From IMG/VR virus record IMGVR_UViG_3300025288_000038, positions 1-43,265 of that record: DNA of 43,265 nt, one strand, 5' to 3'. The translations under genes were made by a program, and so were the position numbers. Positions within the stretch are counted from its first letter, which is position 1, and each line of letters begins with the position of its first letter. Shown here piece by piece: positions 19,121-28,773 of this stretch. The notes under the pieces were generated by a model, which did not search any database, was not told the origin of the DNA, and was given only the letters and a program-made list of their open reading frames with translations. Origin of the DNA: a virus. Taxonomy: Duplodnaviria; Caudoviricetes.

Positions 19121-20899
19121 TTAGAACTGTTGACCGATGTACTCGTCGATCGATGCACCCGTCGGCAGGAGCACGAAGTTGAGGGTGATGATTTCCGCCG
19201 TCTTCGTGATCTTCAGGAAGATGTTGGCTACCATTTCGTTGCGGTCGATGATGACGGGGGTATTCACGGTGTTGTCGCACACCACCCGACCTTCGTACAA
19301 CGCCCCTTTTGCTACGAGGGAGTCCAGGTACGGCTGTACCAGAGTTACAAGCCGGTTCCATGTGTACTTGTTGTTCGGTTCGAATACCAGAGGCTGGCAA
19401 GCGGTGACAATAACTTTCTCCATCATGATCAGCAGCCGGCGGGCGTTGATGCGATCAAGAGTGGTGGGAGCGACTTGGGTGGTGCGTTGACCCCACAGCA
19501 AGATACCGGTGGTACGGAAGTCGTTGACCGGGTTCACGCGGTTTTCATACAGGAAGTCCATCTCCCCGCGCTCTAGGGGCCGCTCGGTGCCAGTAGACCC
19601 TAGCAACTTACCACGAGTACCACCGGCTGGGGCGTACCACTCGCCAGCCACTCGGTCGGTCCGGGCAAACGCAGCGGCGGCAAAGCCGGACGGGGGCACG
19701 AGACGGGACACCGCGTTATAGCTGTCGTAGGTCTCCACCCACGGGTAGTACAGCGCAGCGTAGCTGGTGTTGATGGCGTTCTGCGCGGCGTAGACATTGG
19801 CACCGTCTGCCCAGTCCACCACGGTGGCCGGGTCCAAGCCCGTGGGCGGATCGATCAGGGCCATACAGTCGCGGCGGGTCTCGGCAATGGACAGCAGAGC
19901 CTGTACTACAGCATCGTCGTAGACACCGGGGACTGCCACTGCGTTGATGTCGACGACATCGGGATTAATGAATAGTTGGAGACCGGTGGAATTGTTGCCG
20001 AGGTTAATCCCGATATAGTCGGCCGCGGCGATACCAGTAATGCCGTCGTCCCCACCGCTGAACGTATAGGTACCGGCCGCCGGAAACGAAGTAAGGGTGA
20101 AGGAGCCTAACAGGAAGGAGTGGGTGAGGATCGTGGTGTAGTCGTTGGCGGACCCGGCTACCATGGACAGGTTCTTGAAGGACTCCATCTGATAGCTCTT
20201 GCTAGCCAGCGTCTTGCTCATGGCAACACTGAATGTAGAGTAGAACTGAGCTTCCACAGTGACCACAGCACCGATAATGGGAGCAGTGGCCCAGTTAGTG
20301 ACAATGGCCCCGGTCGCGTAGTTGACGGTGCCAGAGACAAAGTTAGTGGTGCCCGTCTCTGTGAACGCCCCAGAGGAGTTGTCGTTGGCTACCAAGGCCC
20401 CATCTAGCTTCACCTTAACGGAGCCGGGAACGACACGGCCGTGGGTGGTACCGAGGACGTTGAGGTTCAGCGCAACCGCAGTACCGTCACCCAGGGCAGA
20501 GTCTGTGGCGTTTTTCGCGCTACCGTGGGTGATCACCATAGATAGGGAGTTGTAGAAGGTACCCTTGTCCTTGGCGGGGACGGACACGGTACCACCGGCT
20601 GCCACGTTGACCGAGGCAGTAGCCGCGACTGCCGGGTTTGTGGTGGATTCGGTACGGATAAACCACAGCTGGTTGCCCTCTTTCAGGTATTCCATAGCGG
20701 CGTCAAGCGCGGGGAAGTTCGCGTGTTGATAGCCGAAGGAACGGACAAGTTGGTCGACCGTTGAAATGAGGGTACGTTGGTTGATGGGGCCCTTGCTCGC
20801 AGTGCCGACGATGCCGAACTGGGTAGAAGACAACGCAGGAATATAGTTAGAGAGGTCAATCTCCTTCCAGAAGACGCCAGCATGCACGTGGTAAGCCAT
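19121..20899 (-). CDS. Tail sheath protein, T4 gp18-like
   Basis: GVFWKEIDLS, GIVGTASKGP, YAALYYPW, VPPSG, W.APAG..RG, LWGQRT, RINARRL and FEPN motifs. Confidence 0.97.
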   Translation of the reverse strand: MAYHVHAGVFWKEIDLSNYIPALSSTQFGIVGTASKGPINQRTLISTVDQLVRSFGYQHANFPALDAAMEYLKEGNQLWFIRTESTTNPAVAATASVNVAAGGTVSVPAKDKGTFYNSLSMVITHGSAKNATDSALGDGTAVALNLNVLGTTHGRVVPGSVKVKLDGALVANDNSSGAFTETGTTNFVSGTVNYATGAIVTNWATAPIIGAVVTVEAQFYSTFSVAMSKTLASKSYQMESFKNLSMVAGSANDYTTILTHSFLLGSFTLTSFPAAGTYTFSGGDDGITGIAAADYIGINLGNNSTGLQLFINPDVVDINAVAVPGVYDDAVVQALLSIAETRRDCMALIDPPTGLDPATVVDWADGANVYAAQNAINTSYAALYYPWVETYDSYNAVSRLVPPSGFAAAAFARTDRVAGEWYAPAGGTRGKLLGSTGTERPLERGEMDFLYENRVNPVNDFRTTGILLWGQRTTQVAPTTLDRINARRLLIMMEKVIVTACQPLVFEPNNKYTWNRLVTLVQPYLDSLVAKGALYEGRVVCDNTVNTPVIIDRNEMVANIFLKITKTAEIITLNFVLLPTGASIDEYIGQQF

Positions 20900-20947
20900 A
20901 GTTATTCCTTTGGGTAATTAACAACGAATACTGTGAAAAAGTTGGGG

Positions 20948-21571
20948 CTATGGGTTTGGTACCATGTGAAGCACGTCCACGGTGATCTCTTGCCCATTAG
21001 TGATCTCTTTGTAGTACGCGTACATCTCTTTTACGGTGCGAATGTCGTATTCCCGCGACCAGAACGCGTTAGACACCGTAACGTCAACACGCATGTTGTA
21101 CATCCTGACGGTTTGTGCCTCGTCCCGGGCCTCAACGGATAGCTTCGGGGCGCTATCCAGCTGGTACGCGAACCGGTACTCCAACCCACCCACTACCACC
21201 AAGACCGGATTGTATACCGGTAGGAAGGACAGTGCGCGGTGAAGGTCGTCAAGCTCGTGTTGGGAGTAGGTCCAAAACGATAGCTCGTAAACAATGTCGA
21301 CCGGGACACGGCGCTGCATTACCATGATGGACTTGTCCACGTTGTACTGGTAGCTAGGGTGCCCGGTGTGCGCCTGTGGCCGGTTTTGGTCCTGCTGGTT
21401 GCGGTCCACGGAATTGCGGAACACTGTCACGGCGGCCCTACCGCCCGGTCCACCGTCTGCCTTAACATGGCCAGACCGTACCCCCAGAGTAGCCGGCATC
21501 CAGGCCATTTTAACAGCCGGAAAAGCGATGCGAAGCTGGTTGACGAGGGCAACGTCGATGAGTGGTATCAT
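20948..21571 (-). CDS. Putative tail terminator/sheath stabiliser (gp15-like)
   Basis: VPVDIVYELSFWT....ELDDL motif; lies immediately upstream of the sheath gene. Confidence 0.6.
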   Translation of the reverse strand: MIPLIDVALVNQLRIAFPAVKMAWMPATLGVRSGHVKADGGPGGRAAVTVFRNSVDRNQQDQNRPQAHTGHPSYQYNVDKSIMVMQRRVPVDIVYELSFWTYSQHELDDLHRALSFLPVYNPVLVVVGGLEYRFAYQLDSAPKLSVEARDEAQTVRMYNMRVDVTVSNAFWSREYDIRTVKEMYAYYKEITNGQEITVDVLHMVPNP

Positions 21572-22050
21572 CAATAGAAAAAGCGCAGTTTAATCGATTT
21601 TGACGTAGGGTATACGTGCGAGTTGGTTAGTACGTCAACTATTACGAATTTCATGAACGACCCACTTACCGTAACCGGGAATTGGTTCGGCTCGGATGTG
21701 TTGGGTATTGAGAGTAGGTCGCCCTTCCGAAACAAGTCGGAGTACCTGCCCAGCACGGTGAATTCCTCGTCTTTAGAACCAGTCTCGTTGTTGGTAGTAG
21801 CAACGGTATTGTCCTGGGCAGCCACGAAAGTGTCCAGCATGTCCTGGTATACGTCGTGAGCTATAACCACCAACACCTGCACGTCCGTGATAGGGACGGA
21901 ACGGTCCAGGTCTCCCCAGAAGTCCCGGCGATCGTGGGTTGGGTCTACCCTGTGGAGGACGGACTGCACACCGTGCATAGTCACGTACTGGTCCCTCATA
22001 GCTGCCAAGGACGCGCGGGCCGCAACCAGGACCGCGTCGTGGGTGCTCAC
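21571..22050 (-). CDS. Putative head-closure/neck protein
   Basis: D.WGD...V and KGDLL.I...FVIVDV pattern; position in the neck cluster; GTGA overlap. Confidence 0.5.
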   Translation of the reverse strand: MSTHDAVLVAARASLAAMRDQYVTMHGVQSVLHRVDPTHDRRDFWGDLDRSVPITDVQVLVVIAHDVYQDMLDTFVAAQDNTVATTNNETGSKDEEFTVLGRYSDLFRKGDLLSIPNTSEPNQFPVTVSGSFMKFVIVDVLTNSHVYPTSKSIKLRFFY

Positions 22051-22661
22051 TTATCCGGTTCCTCTTCGTCGTCTTGTGCATCTCCCTCCTCGTCACCAAC
22101 CAGCGGACTCACGTTAAGGTCCTCCGGGGAGTCGTCGGAGCCCGGGCCGCCAGCAAAACTGTCACCATCAAAGTTGTTTTCGAAGTCGGGATTACTCCGC
22201 AGGACGTCAAGTACCTCCGGTTCCAGCCCCTCGTACGGGTCAGCGACATACTTTGAGGCGTCGACGTCCGGGGTATCCCCCGGGGACAAACTAGCTTGCA
22301 ATGCGGCCCCGGCGTTGCCACTAAGGCTAACTCCCATGTCGGTGGCGACAATGGCGGCATGCTCCCCGAGCAGGTCAACCAGTAGGTCCGCGAGTTTATC
22401 GGGTTGGGAGAATACTAGCGTACCGTCCTTGTTAGAGAAGATAGGTAGTTCGGTGCGAAACCGAAGTATGGTAGTGTCTACGGTGTTCATGTTCTCTCTG
22501 TTGGAGTCACCGGCGGGTACCATGATGTTCACCAACTTCGAAGCATCGTTGATTGCGAGATACCAAACCCCCTCTGATACCTCTGAGTCGATAACCTCGT
22601 AGACCGTGTAGCCAGGGTACTGGTTATTAGTTATCTTGTTTATCTGCATCGCTTGCATCAT
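22047..22661 (-). CDS. Hypothetical protein with acidic C-terminal tail
   Basis: 204-aa ORF packed between neighbours; D/E-rich last 60 aa; start uncertain. Confidence 0.65.
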   Translation of the reverse strand: MMQAMQINKITNNQYPGYTVYEVIDSEVSEGVWYLAINDASKLVNIMVPAGDSNRENMNTVDTTILRFRTELPIFSNKDGTLVFSQPDKLADLLVDLLGEHAAIVATDMGVSLSGNAGAALQASLSPGDTPDVDASKYVADPYEGLEPEVLDVLRSNPDFENNFDGDSFAGGPGSDDSPEDLNVSPLVGDEEGDAQDDEEEPDK

Positions 22662-23223
22662 CCTGGTTAAACGCCCGGTCTTTCTCCCCCGGGTCCGAGT
22701 TAAACGGGGTATACGCCTTCTTCACTGGCGCATCGATAAAGTACTCGTGACCAGCAAGGTAGTTGGCCAGTGCCGCGATATGCTTACAGCACCCCGCAAG
22801 GTGCATCGGATTCCGCTCGGGTAGCCCCTCGGGTGGGGGAGGAGTCTTACGTACGTAGGGCCGGAGCGGACGCCTTGCATGTACCCCGTGTACCTTGTTC
22901 CAATACGAGAAGTAGAAGTAGTACGCCGCGCATGAACAGCTTACCCGAGCTACTGACTTATGTAGGTCTGGGAGCTCGTCCTTACTGGTGTCAATATTGT
23001 AGAAGAAGATAGACGTGTTGTAGTGCTTGTTGGACTCCCGGCTGAACACCTGGGCGTCGTAGGACACGTACTTGAACTTGGCGAACTCGTTCTTCTTGAC
23101 GTTCTCGAAACCGAAATTAGTCGGGCTAGCCTTATACATGGCCGACCCTAGGACGCGCTGAGTGTTGGAGAACAGTTGGTCGAAGGTAAGCCCTTGCGCC
23201 TCCAGGACCAAGTCACGCTTCAC
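22627..23223 (-). CDS. SWIM-like zinc-finger protein
   Basis: ARVSCSC..Y...F...NP....GCCKHI (CxC...CxH). Confidence 0.75.
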   Translation of the reverse strand: MKRDLVLEAQGLTFDQLFSNTQRVLGSAMYKASPTNFGFENVKKNEFAKFKYVSYDAQVFSRESNKHYNTSIFFYNIDTSKDELPDLHKSVARVSCSCAAYYFYFSYWNKVHGVHARRPLRPYVRKTPPPPEGLPERNPMHLAGCCKHIAALANYLAGHEYFIDAPVKKAYTPFNSDPGEKDRAFNQDDASDADKQDN

Positions 23224-23729
23224 TGTAACCTCCCGGTGCGCTTAAGGTGGTAGTATAGGCAAATGAGATGACGACACATACCGGGTATTTCGCCCTCGTT
23301 TACCACCTTGTTTTTGTACCCATAGTCGCGGGGGTCGGCAGCCCTCGGGCGATACCCGTGGTGGGCATCGGCCGCGTAGTTGGCCGCGGAAAACACGGCC
23401 AAGTACTCTCCGCAGGTGCAGGCTACCCGGACCGGTTGCGTATCCTTATCGGTGTACTGTCCGCCCGAGAGCACAGCAGCAGCCATCGCTGCTAGCCCGC
23501 TGGTGGGCTTCTCCTTCTTCGCGTGGTCGTACAGTGTGATCACGCTGGTGTTCCCATTGACGGTGGCGGTCCACTTGAGCTGCTTCATTAGGGCCGCTTC
23601 TTCTGCGCGCAGCCCCTCAATAGGGCACGGTTGTGCCTTAGCCGCCCGGTCTATTTCTACATTCACTTCGCGAGTACCCGCGACCAGTTCTGGGAGGGTA
23701 AATGTTGCTTTGGCTTCGTTTAGGTACAT
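23220..23729 (-). CDS. SWIM-like zinc-finger protein (paralogue)
   Basis: VRVACTC..Y...F...N....PGMCRHL; ATG at 23729 directly after the upstream stop. Confidence 0.75.
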   Translation of the reverse strand: MYLNEAKATFTLPELVAGTREVNVEIDRAAKAQPCPIEGLRAEEAALMKQLKWTATVNGNTSVITLYDHAKKEKPTSGLAAMAAAVLSGGQYTDKDTQPVRVACTCGEYLAVFSAANYAADAHHGYRPRAADPRDYGYKNKVVNEGEIPGMCRHLICLYYHLKRTGRLQ

Positions 23730-23730
23730 G

Positions 23731-24429
23731 CTAACCAATGGTGACTGGGACTAGCCCAGTTGAGTCAATAATTTCCGCTGCCCTGGCAACGGCCGTATCG
23801 TAGGCCTCCTTGAGTAGCGAAGTGTCCAACGAGAAATCGGCGTGGTCAAACTTACCGGTGTTACGTATTGCTAACAACCGCTTGTAGTACACTTCCCCAA
23901 CCAAGCACGACAATAGTTCTATGTGCCGTGGGAGGACTTTATCGATGTTCTTGTGCCCAATCCCGTACGTGACGGAAAGCACACAGGAGCCGCCGACCAC
24001 CCAGTTAATGGAGTCGGACTCCGGGTGCTCCTCGTAGTACACGTCGCCGATATTCTCACCCCATATTGTGTTGATGTACTGCTGCTTGTCCGGCTGCTCG
24101 TTGGGGAACATGTACGGTACCCCGAGGAGGAACTCGTTCATGCGTGGTGCAGTAGTGTACAGACGCGGAGCAAACGCCAAAGGGCCAACGTAGAAGTATT
24201 CGGACGGGACTTGCACGCCGTAATCTGGCAGAAGCTGGGACATAACCTGGATCTGTTCCCGCTCGGCGGTGAACTGATACTCCTTAGTCACCTTGATAGG
24301 GAGATATGAGTAGTACTTTAGTAGGGCAGCAAGGTGGTCTTGATCCGATATCGCCAGCTCGACCGGCAGCAAAGGAGCCCCCAGCGGGGCCCCCACCACA
24401 CTAACGAGATGATCGCTGACCCAGCCCAA
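23731..24429 (-). CDS. Putative neck/head-tail adaptor (gp13-like)
   Basis: LGAP...VEL....D...ALLKYYSY.P N-terminus; first large gene of the neck cluster; TTG start. Confidence 0.6.
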   Translation of the reverse strand: MGWVSDHLVSVVGAPLGAPLLPVELAISDQDHLAALLKYYSYLPIKVTKEYQFTAEREQIQVMSQLLPDYGVQVPSEYFYVGPLAFAPRLYTTAPRMNEFLLGVPYMFPNEQPDKQQYINTIWGENIGDVYYEEHPESDSINWVVGGSCVLSVTYGIGHKNIDKVLPRHIELLSCLVGEVYYKRLLAIRNTGKFDHADFSLDTSLLKEAYDTAVARAAEIIDSTGLVPVTIG

Positions 24430-24774
24430 TTACCCCACCCGTTCAGCGTGGAGATAGTAGGGGAACCTGAGCAGAGAATCGCCTTCCTCCACAACAATAC
24501 CTTCAGGAGGGACACCGCAGACCGAGACACCATTCTTCGGTGTCAACTTATACTTGATCACTGAAGACGAAGTAGCAGGGGTAGTGGGTTCAGCACTAGG
24601 CTCATCAGTGTCTCCAGCGGCGGGAGCTAGAACGTAATCGTGAATACGCTGGGAGATGGCGGCTTTGTTGCCAGATGCGTCCAGACCGTAGCTACGAGCC
24701 ATGGCCGTTAGTTCGGCGTGGGTGTGGGTCATCAATTGTTCGACGGTGATGGGGGTGTTGTCTTTGAGATTCAT
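24430..24774 (-). CDS. Small protein with SAP/HeH-like helical domain
   Basis: LMTHTHAELTAMARSYGLDASGNKAAISQRI matches the SAP/Rho-N pattern; AGGAGA RBS before ATG 24774. Confidence 0.75.
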   Translation of the reverse strand: MNLKDNTPITVEQLMTHTHAELTAMARSYGLDASGNKAAISQRIHDYVLAPAAGDTDEPSAEPTTPATSSSVIKYKLTPKNGVSVCGVPPEGIVVEEGDSLLRFPYYLHAERVG

Positions 24775-24874
24775 GGTATCTCCTAATGTATTAACTGTAA
24801 ACAAGGAAAAGAGTCTTATAGGTTAGTAAACGAAAAGTTGGATACTCCGGGACACCCGCATCCAGCACTCCCGC

Positions 24875-24905
24875 AAAAAGACCAGCGAGTTATAATTTGA
24901 TTAGT
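24875..24905 (+). promoter_or_regulatory. Island promoter, copy 1
   Basis: TATAAT at 24891-24896 within a 31-nt motif sharing 23/31 identity with 27674-27704. Confidence 0.7.
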
Positions 24906-24925
24906 TCAACAGGAAGAAGTTCAAC

Positions 24926-25711
24926 ATGATAACAATCGCCAAGATACTAGACAAGATACGTAAGCTAATCGCCATCCGGGATAACGCGGCAAGTTCCCCG
25001 GGCGAGATCGCTAATGCCGCATCTATGATCGTGAAGATGATGGCGAAGTACAACCTAGACAACCGCGACCTTATCTTCGAGGACTTGAAGAAGGACGATA
25101 ACCTAACGGGGGCCGATATTGCGGGACCGCAGTACGACAAGAATATTCCGCTGTGGTATAATGTATTGGCTACCGCTATTGGAGACATATTCGAGTGCGA
25201 GTCCACCATCGTCCGGGTCACAGTGGACGGCAAACGTAAGCTCACGTTCAGGATTTACGGCTACACCCCCGACGTGGAAGTGTCCCAATGGATGTTCTCT
25301 TACCTCGCCGAACAGATAAATAAACTGGCCGACTCGGCGTGGAAGGATGAGTCTGCACTCATCCAGTCGTGGAAGGACAGGAAGCCGTGGGCGTCCGAGC
25401 TAACCCGGTTCAAGTCCAAGTATCGCTATGGAGTCGTACAAGGGATCCTCCCGCGTCTTCGAACTGCGTATGAGGAACAAACTAAACAGGAACCGATGCC
25501 CGCGGGCACGGGGACCAGATTAGTTGTGTATAAACTACAACGCATCCACGAGGTATTCAACCTCAAGCACGACCGGGTGGAGATGAAGCGGCCTAGGGGC
25601 GACACCAACGCCATAATGCGCGGGTTAATCGACAGTAAGAAGGTAGCCATCCGCAAAGTGGTGGCCGGCGGCAATACTCGCCAACAGCTGGAATACAACC
25701 ATGAGTGCTAA
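24926..25711 (+). CDS. DUF2786-like protein
   Basis: ILDKIRKLIA....SSPGEIANA....KMMAKYNL N-terminus and FRIYG...DVE...WMF.YL core. Confidence 0.8.
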   Translation: MITIAKILDKIRKLIAIRDNAASSPGEIANAASMIVKMMAKYNLDNRDLIFEDLKKDDNLTGADIAGPQYDKNIPLWYNVLATAIGDIFECESTIVRVTVDGKRKLTFRIYGYTPDVEVSQWMFSYLAEQINKLADSAWKDESALIQSWKDRKPWASELTRFKSKYRYGVVQGILPRLRTAYEEQTKQEPMPAGTGTRLVVYKLQRIHEVFNLKHDRVEMKRPRGDTNAIMRGLIDSKKVAIRKVVAGGNTRQQLEYNHEC

Positions 25712-26009
25712 TAAATACTCAGTCCAGCCCGCTTGGATCCGTACCACCGTGCGCTGGAACAGCCAAAAATACGTCGACAAGCGGGAAGTGGACTATAGAA
25801 GCTTGCGGCGGATAGCCGCCTTATTCTCGGAGCCAAGGATGCTGCACTTCTTCTCATACCGAGATACCCTGGCCGGCGAGCTCTACAAGTTCGAAACCGA
25901 GTTGCCAAAGGTTACTGCCGCCTTTGGTACCCGGGACGCTTGCACGTTGCGCTGCGACAAGACCTACCCGACGGTAATCTCTAGTTTATTTTACGTACGA
26001 GGAAGCTAA
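25701..26009 (+). CDS. Hypothetical protein
   Basis: 102-aa ORF tightly packed with its neighbours. Confidence 0.65.
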   Translation: MSANKYSVQPAWIRTTVRWNSQKYVDKREVDYRSLRRIAALFSEPRMLHFFSYRDTLAGELYKFETELPKVTAAFGTRDACTLRCDKTYPTVISSLFYVRGS

Positions 26010-26011
26010 CC

Positions 26012-26452
26012 ATGCTAACACCCCTAACCAAAGACATGGTTGTGGCCGGGAACGCTATTTTCACCATTCACAACGGGGGCGGGAAGCACTTCACGTTCCG
26101 AGTAGTGAAGCCGAAGCAGGACCATCAGCCTGGCGGTGACGCCTACTTTGCCCAGCTACTGACCGGGCCGGACAACACCAGCGACTATACGTACGTAGGG
26201 TTGGTAAACCCGGTTGACCTCCAGGTACGCCTGACCCGGGCGAGTAAGCTGGTGGATAGTTCCGTTCCGGTCCGGGTACTGCGCTGGGCGCTAGCCCACG
26301 TACAGCACCACAAGGAATTCCCGTCCGGTTATTTCGCTACCCACGCCGGGCGCTGCTGCCGGTGTGGACGCCTGCTAACCGACCCGGTTAGTGTACAGAC
26401 CGGGTTCGGCCCGGAGTGTCGCCATATCCTTGGGAAAGGAGATACCAAGTGA
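26012..26452 (+). CDS. DUF6011-like zinc-binding protein
   Basis: LTGPDNTSDY.YVG and C-terminal CCRCGR.LTDP.S...GFGPEC motifs. Confidence 0.8.
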   Translation: MLTPLTKDMVVAGNAIFTIHNGGGKHFTFRVVKPKQDHQPGGDAYFAQLLTGPDNTSDYTYVGLVNPVDLQVRLTRASKLVDSSVPVRVLRWALAHVQHHKEFPSGYFATHAGRCCRCGRLLTDPVSVQTGFGPECRHILGKGDTK

Positions 26453-26649
26453 TCCGCATTACTAACACAGTACCGTCCCACAGCAAGTTCAAAAGCCTCG
26501 CCGACCAAGAATGTAATAACCTTACCAAGGACGTGAACAGGTTGTGGCCTAACGGGTGCATCGACACCCGCCCTGTGGTGAACTACGTGCGAAACCATAC
26601 CGACGCATTCTCGTATTGCGTGTTCGGATACCGAGTACAGCAGGGATGA
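26449..26649 (+). CDS. Small hypothetical protein
   Basis: GTG start overlapping the upstream TGA, with AAGGAG RBS; 66 aa. Confidence 0.6.
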   Translation: MIRITNTVPSHSKFKSLADQECNNLTKDVNRLWPNGCIDTRPVVNYVRNHTDAFSYCVFGYRVQQG

Positions 26650-26896
26650 GTGTCGCCAACCACCCACACTACGCTGTGTATCAGTTCCGGTACAGGGTAT
26701 TCCTGCCAGGATTCCGCGTATGCCCCACTAACGGTCATTGGTGCGGGGGTACGAGACCGGGCTGATTGCACTGGTTGCTACCAAAATAGCCGCTAACCCT
26801 AAGCGCGAGAATTACGGGCACCAAGTACGCTTCGTGGTTAATGTCTCGGAAACCGGCAAGTTGTCACACCATATTTTACCCTACACAAAGGAGTAG
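26646..26896 (+). pseudogene. Possibly frameshifted small gene
   Basis: ATGA-coupled start (MSVANHPHY...) stops at 26765, but a second frame from about 26732 (RSLVRGYETG...PYTKE*) runs to 2 nt before the next ATG. Confidence 0.35.
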
Positions 26897-26898
26897 CT

Positions 26899-27600
26899 AT
26901 GAGTAACGAATTACATATTAACATACTAGACGCGGTGAAGCTAACCCCGGTCCGCGCCGACGTCATAGCGGCGCTGAATGAAGTCGCCAGCAAATACGGC
27001 CTAAAAATGAGCGTGGGCCGGATCGACTATAGTGACACCACCTTCTCGTTCAAGGTAAGTGGGGTGATGCTAGGGGCTGACAGCCACGAAGCTGTGCGGT
27101 ATAAGAGGAACGCTGGCTGCTACAACGTCGACCCGGAGTCCCTTGGGAAGCCCATCGCCGCCCAAGGGCGCACTGTGTACATCGCGGGGATGGAAATCGG
27201 CGGGATTATTGTGGCGGAGGATAGTTCCGGTAACAGGTACAGGATAAAGGCCAGCACGGTAGCTACCCACTACCCGGCAGGGTGCTTCGAAGCGCGGGCA
27301 GTCCAGCCCCGGGAGGGTAGCCAAAAGGCAACGAAGCCCGCTGCTAACCCCATCTCCACGCCGACGCAGCCGAGCAATCAACTCAAGCCGGACTGCAAAG
27401 TGGCTGGCGGTGGTGGAGCACAGCTACACACTTTGGCGGAGCTCAAGAAGTGCACCACGTTCTCTACCGTAATCGCGTACCTACAAGAACACGACATGAT
27501 GCGTAGACTCCCTGATGGCTGGATCGATGGGTATCAGGACAGGAATGTCGGTCTACTCAAGGGAATTCTGGTCGCCAAAATCAGGTCCTGGAAGCTCTAA
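26899..27600 (+). CDS. Hypothetical two-domain protein
   Basis: 233 aa, AAGGAG RBS, Pro/Thr-rich linker between two globular-looking segments. Confidence 0.75.
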   Translation: MSNELHINILDAVKLTPVRADVIAALNEVASKYGLKMSVGRIDYSDTTFSFKVSGVMLGADSHEAVRYKRNAGCYNVDPESLGKPIAAQGRTVYIAGMEIGGIIVAEDSSGNRYRIKASTVATHYPAGCFEARAVQPREGSQKATKPAANPISTPTQPSNQLKPDCKVAGGGGAQLHTLAELKKCTTFSTVIAYLQEHDMMRRLPDGWIDGYQDRNVGLLKGILVAKIRSWKL

Positions 27601-27673
27601 CGGCGGCAAGAGTGTCGCATAATTGTTAGCAAGAGAATGGGCATTAGTAGTGCCGGACAAGTGGGCCGCACCT

Positions 27674-27704
27674 AAAAACAAGAGCGTGGTACAATATGTT
27701 TAGT
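27674..27704 (+). promoter_or_regulatory. Island promoter, copy 2
   Basis: Extended -10 TGGTACAAT inside the shared 31-nt motif, about 30 nt before the ATG at 27736. Confidence 0.7.
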
Positions 27705-27735
27705 ACCACTCAATAATCGTTCAAAGAGATATACC

Positions 27736-28773
27736 ATGACAATCCAAGCACTCATCACTTCCCCTACCAGTAACGTCCCGTCTGCCTTCGCATTCGCCGG
27801 TAACGCCCCTTGGCACGGGCTCGGTCGCAACCTGCAAGACGGCGCGACTCTCGACCAGTGGACCAATGAGGCTGGCTTCAGTTGGGAAGCCAAGGTCGGC
27901 CCGGTGGCCTACTACCCCAATGCGCACATTGCGGAGAGCGGTACTCCCGTCGTAGGCCATCCGGTAACTCTAAAAAACCAAGTCTGCATCTACCGGTCCG
28001 ATACGCAGGCACCGCTGTCCATCATGTCGGGCGGCTATAAGTTGGTCCAGCCTAAACAGGTTATGGAGTTCTTCCGAGACGTCGCAGAGGCTGGCAAGCT
28101 AAAGATGGAGACCGCGGGGATGCTAAAAGGAGGTGCGGTGTACTGGGCCCTGGCCCGCATCAACGACCAATTTAGCGTGACGAAGGACGACCCCATCCTC
28201 CCATACGTGCTCATGGCCACGTCCCTAGATGGTAGTCTATCTACCACCGTGGGGTTTAGCAGCGTCCGGGTTGTCTGCTACAACACGCTGCAGATGGCCG
28301 TTGGTCGCGGTAACAATAACACCACCATCAAGGTGCCGCACAATTCCCTATTCGACGAAAGTCGGGTGAAGGCCGAGCTCGGCCTCGTGGAAGGGCAGTG
28401 GGACAATTTCAAGCGAGTCTCTGCCCAGCTGGCTAGCCGGGAGGTGAACCGGGCGGAGTTAATCCAGTTCATGGTGGACGTGTTCACCCCGGAGTCCAAG
28501 AGGGATAAGATTAACCTGTTGGAAGCCGACAACATCGTAGCGCGCGCCCCTAACATCCGCAAGTGCCTGGACCTGTACGAATCCGGGGTTGGCCAGTCTA
28601 CCAAGTCGGCGAAGGGCACCGCTTGGGGGGCACTGAACGTCATCACCCGCTACCAAGACCATGAGGTCAAAGCCATCAGCAACGAGTCGAAGCTACGGTC
28701 CGCGTGGTTCGGAGAGGGCAAGCGCCGTAAGGAACGCGCACTACAACTCGCCTTGAAACTCACCACCAAGTAA
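27736..28773 (+). CDS. DUF932-family phage/plasmid protein
   Basis: PWHGLG, YRSDT..PL, Y..VQ, ETAG.L.GG, S.DGS, RVVC.NTL, TAWGA.N and WFG.G...K motifs. Confidence 0.9.
   Translation: MTIQALITSPTSNVPSAFAFAGNAPWHGLGRNLQDGATLDQWTNEAGFSWEAKVGPVAYYPNAHIAESGTPVVGHPVTLKNQVCIYRSDTQAPLSIMSGGYKLVQPKQVMEFFRDVAEAGKLKMETAGMLKGGAVYWALARINDQFSVTKDDPILPYVLMATSLDGSLSTTVGFSSVRVVCYNTLQMAVGRGNNNTTIKVPHNSLFDESRVKAELGLVEGQWDNFKRVSAQLASREVNRAELIQFMVDVFTPESKRDKINLLEADNIVARAPNIRKCLDLYESGVGQSTKSAKGTAWGALNVITRYQDHEVKAISNESKLRSAWFGEGKRRKERALQLALKLTTK

Noticed and set aside
12211-24432. Stop readthrough or a reassigned genetic code at in-frame TAA-TTG junctions (12213/12214, 24429/24430)
   Set aside because: Both TTGs have purine-rich RBS-like sequences upstream, conserved genes are intact under the standard code, and all three stop codons are used at gene ends.
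80-24564. Many plus-strand ORFs of 60-260 aa
   Set aside because: They are antisense shadows of well-supported minus-strand structural genes and show no recognisable motifs.
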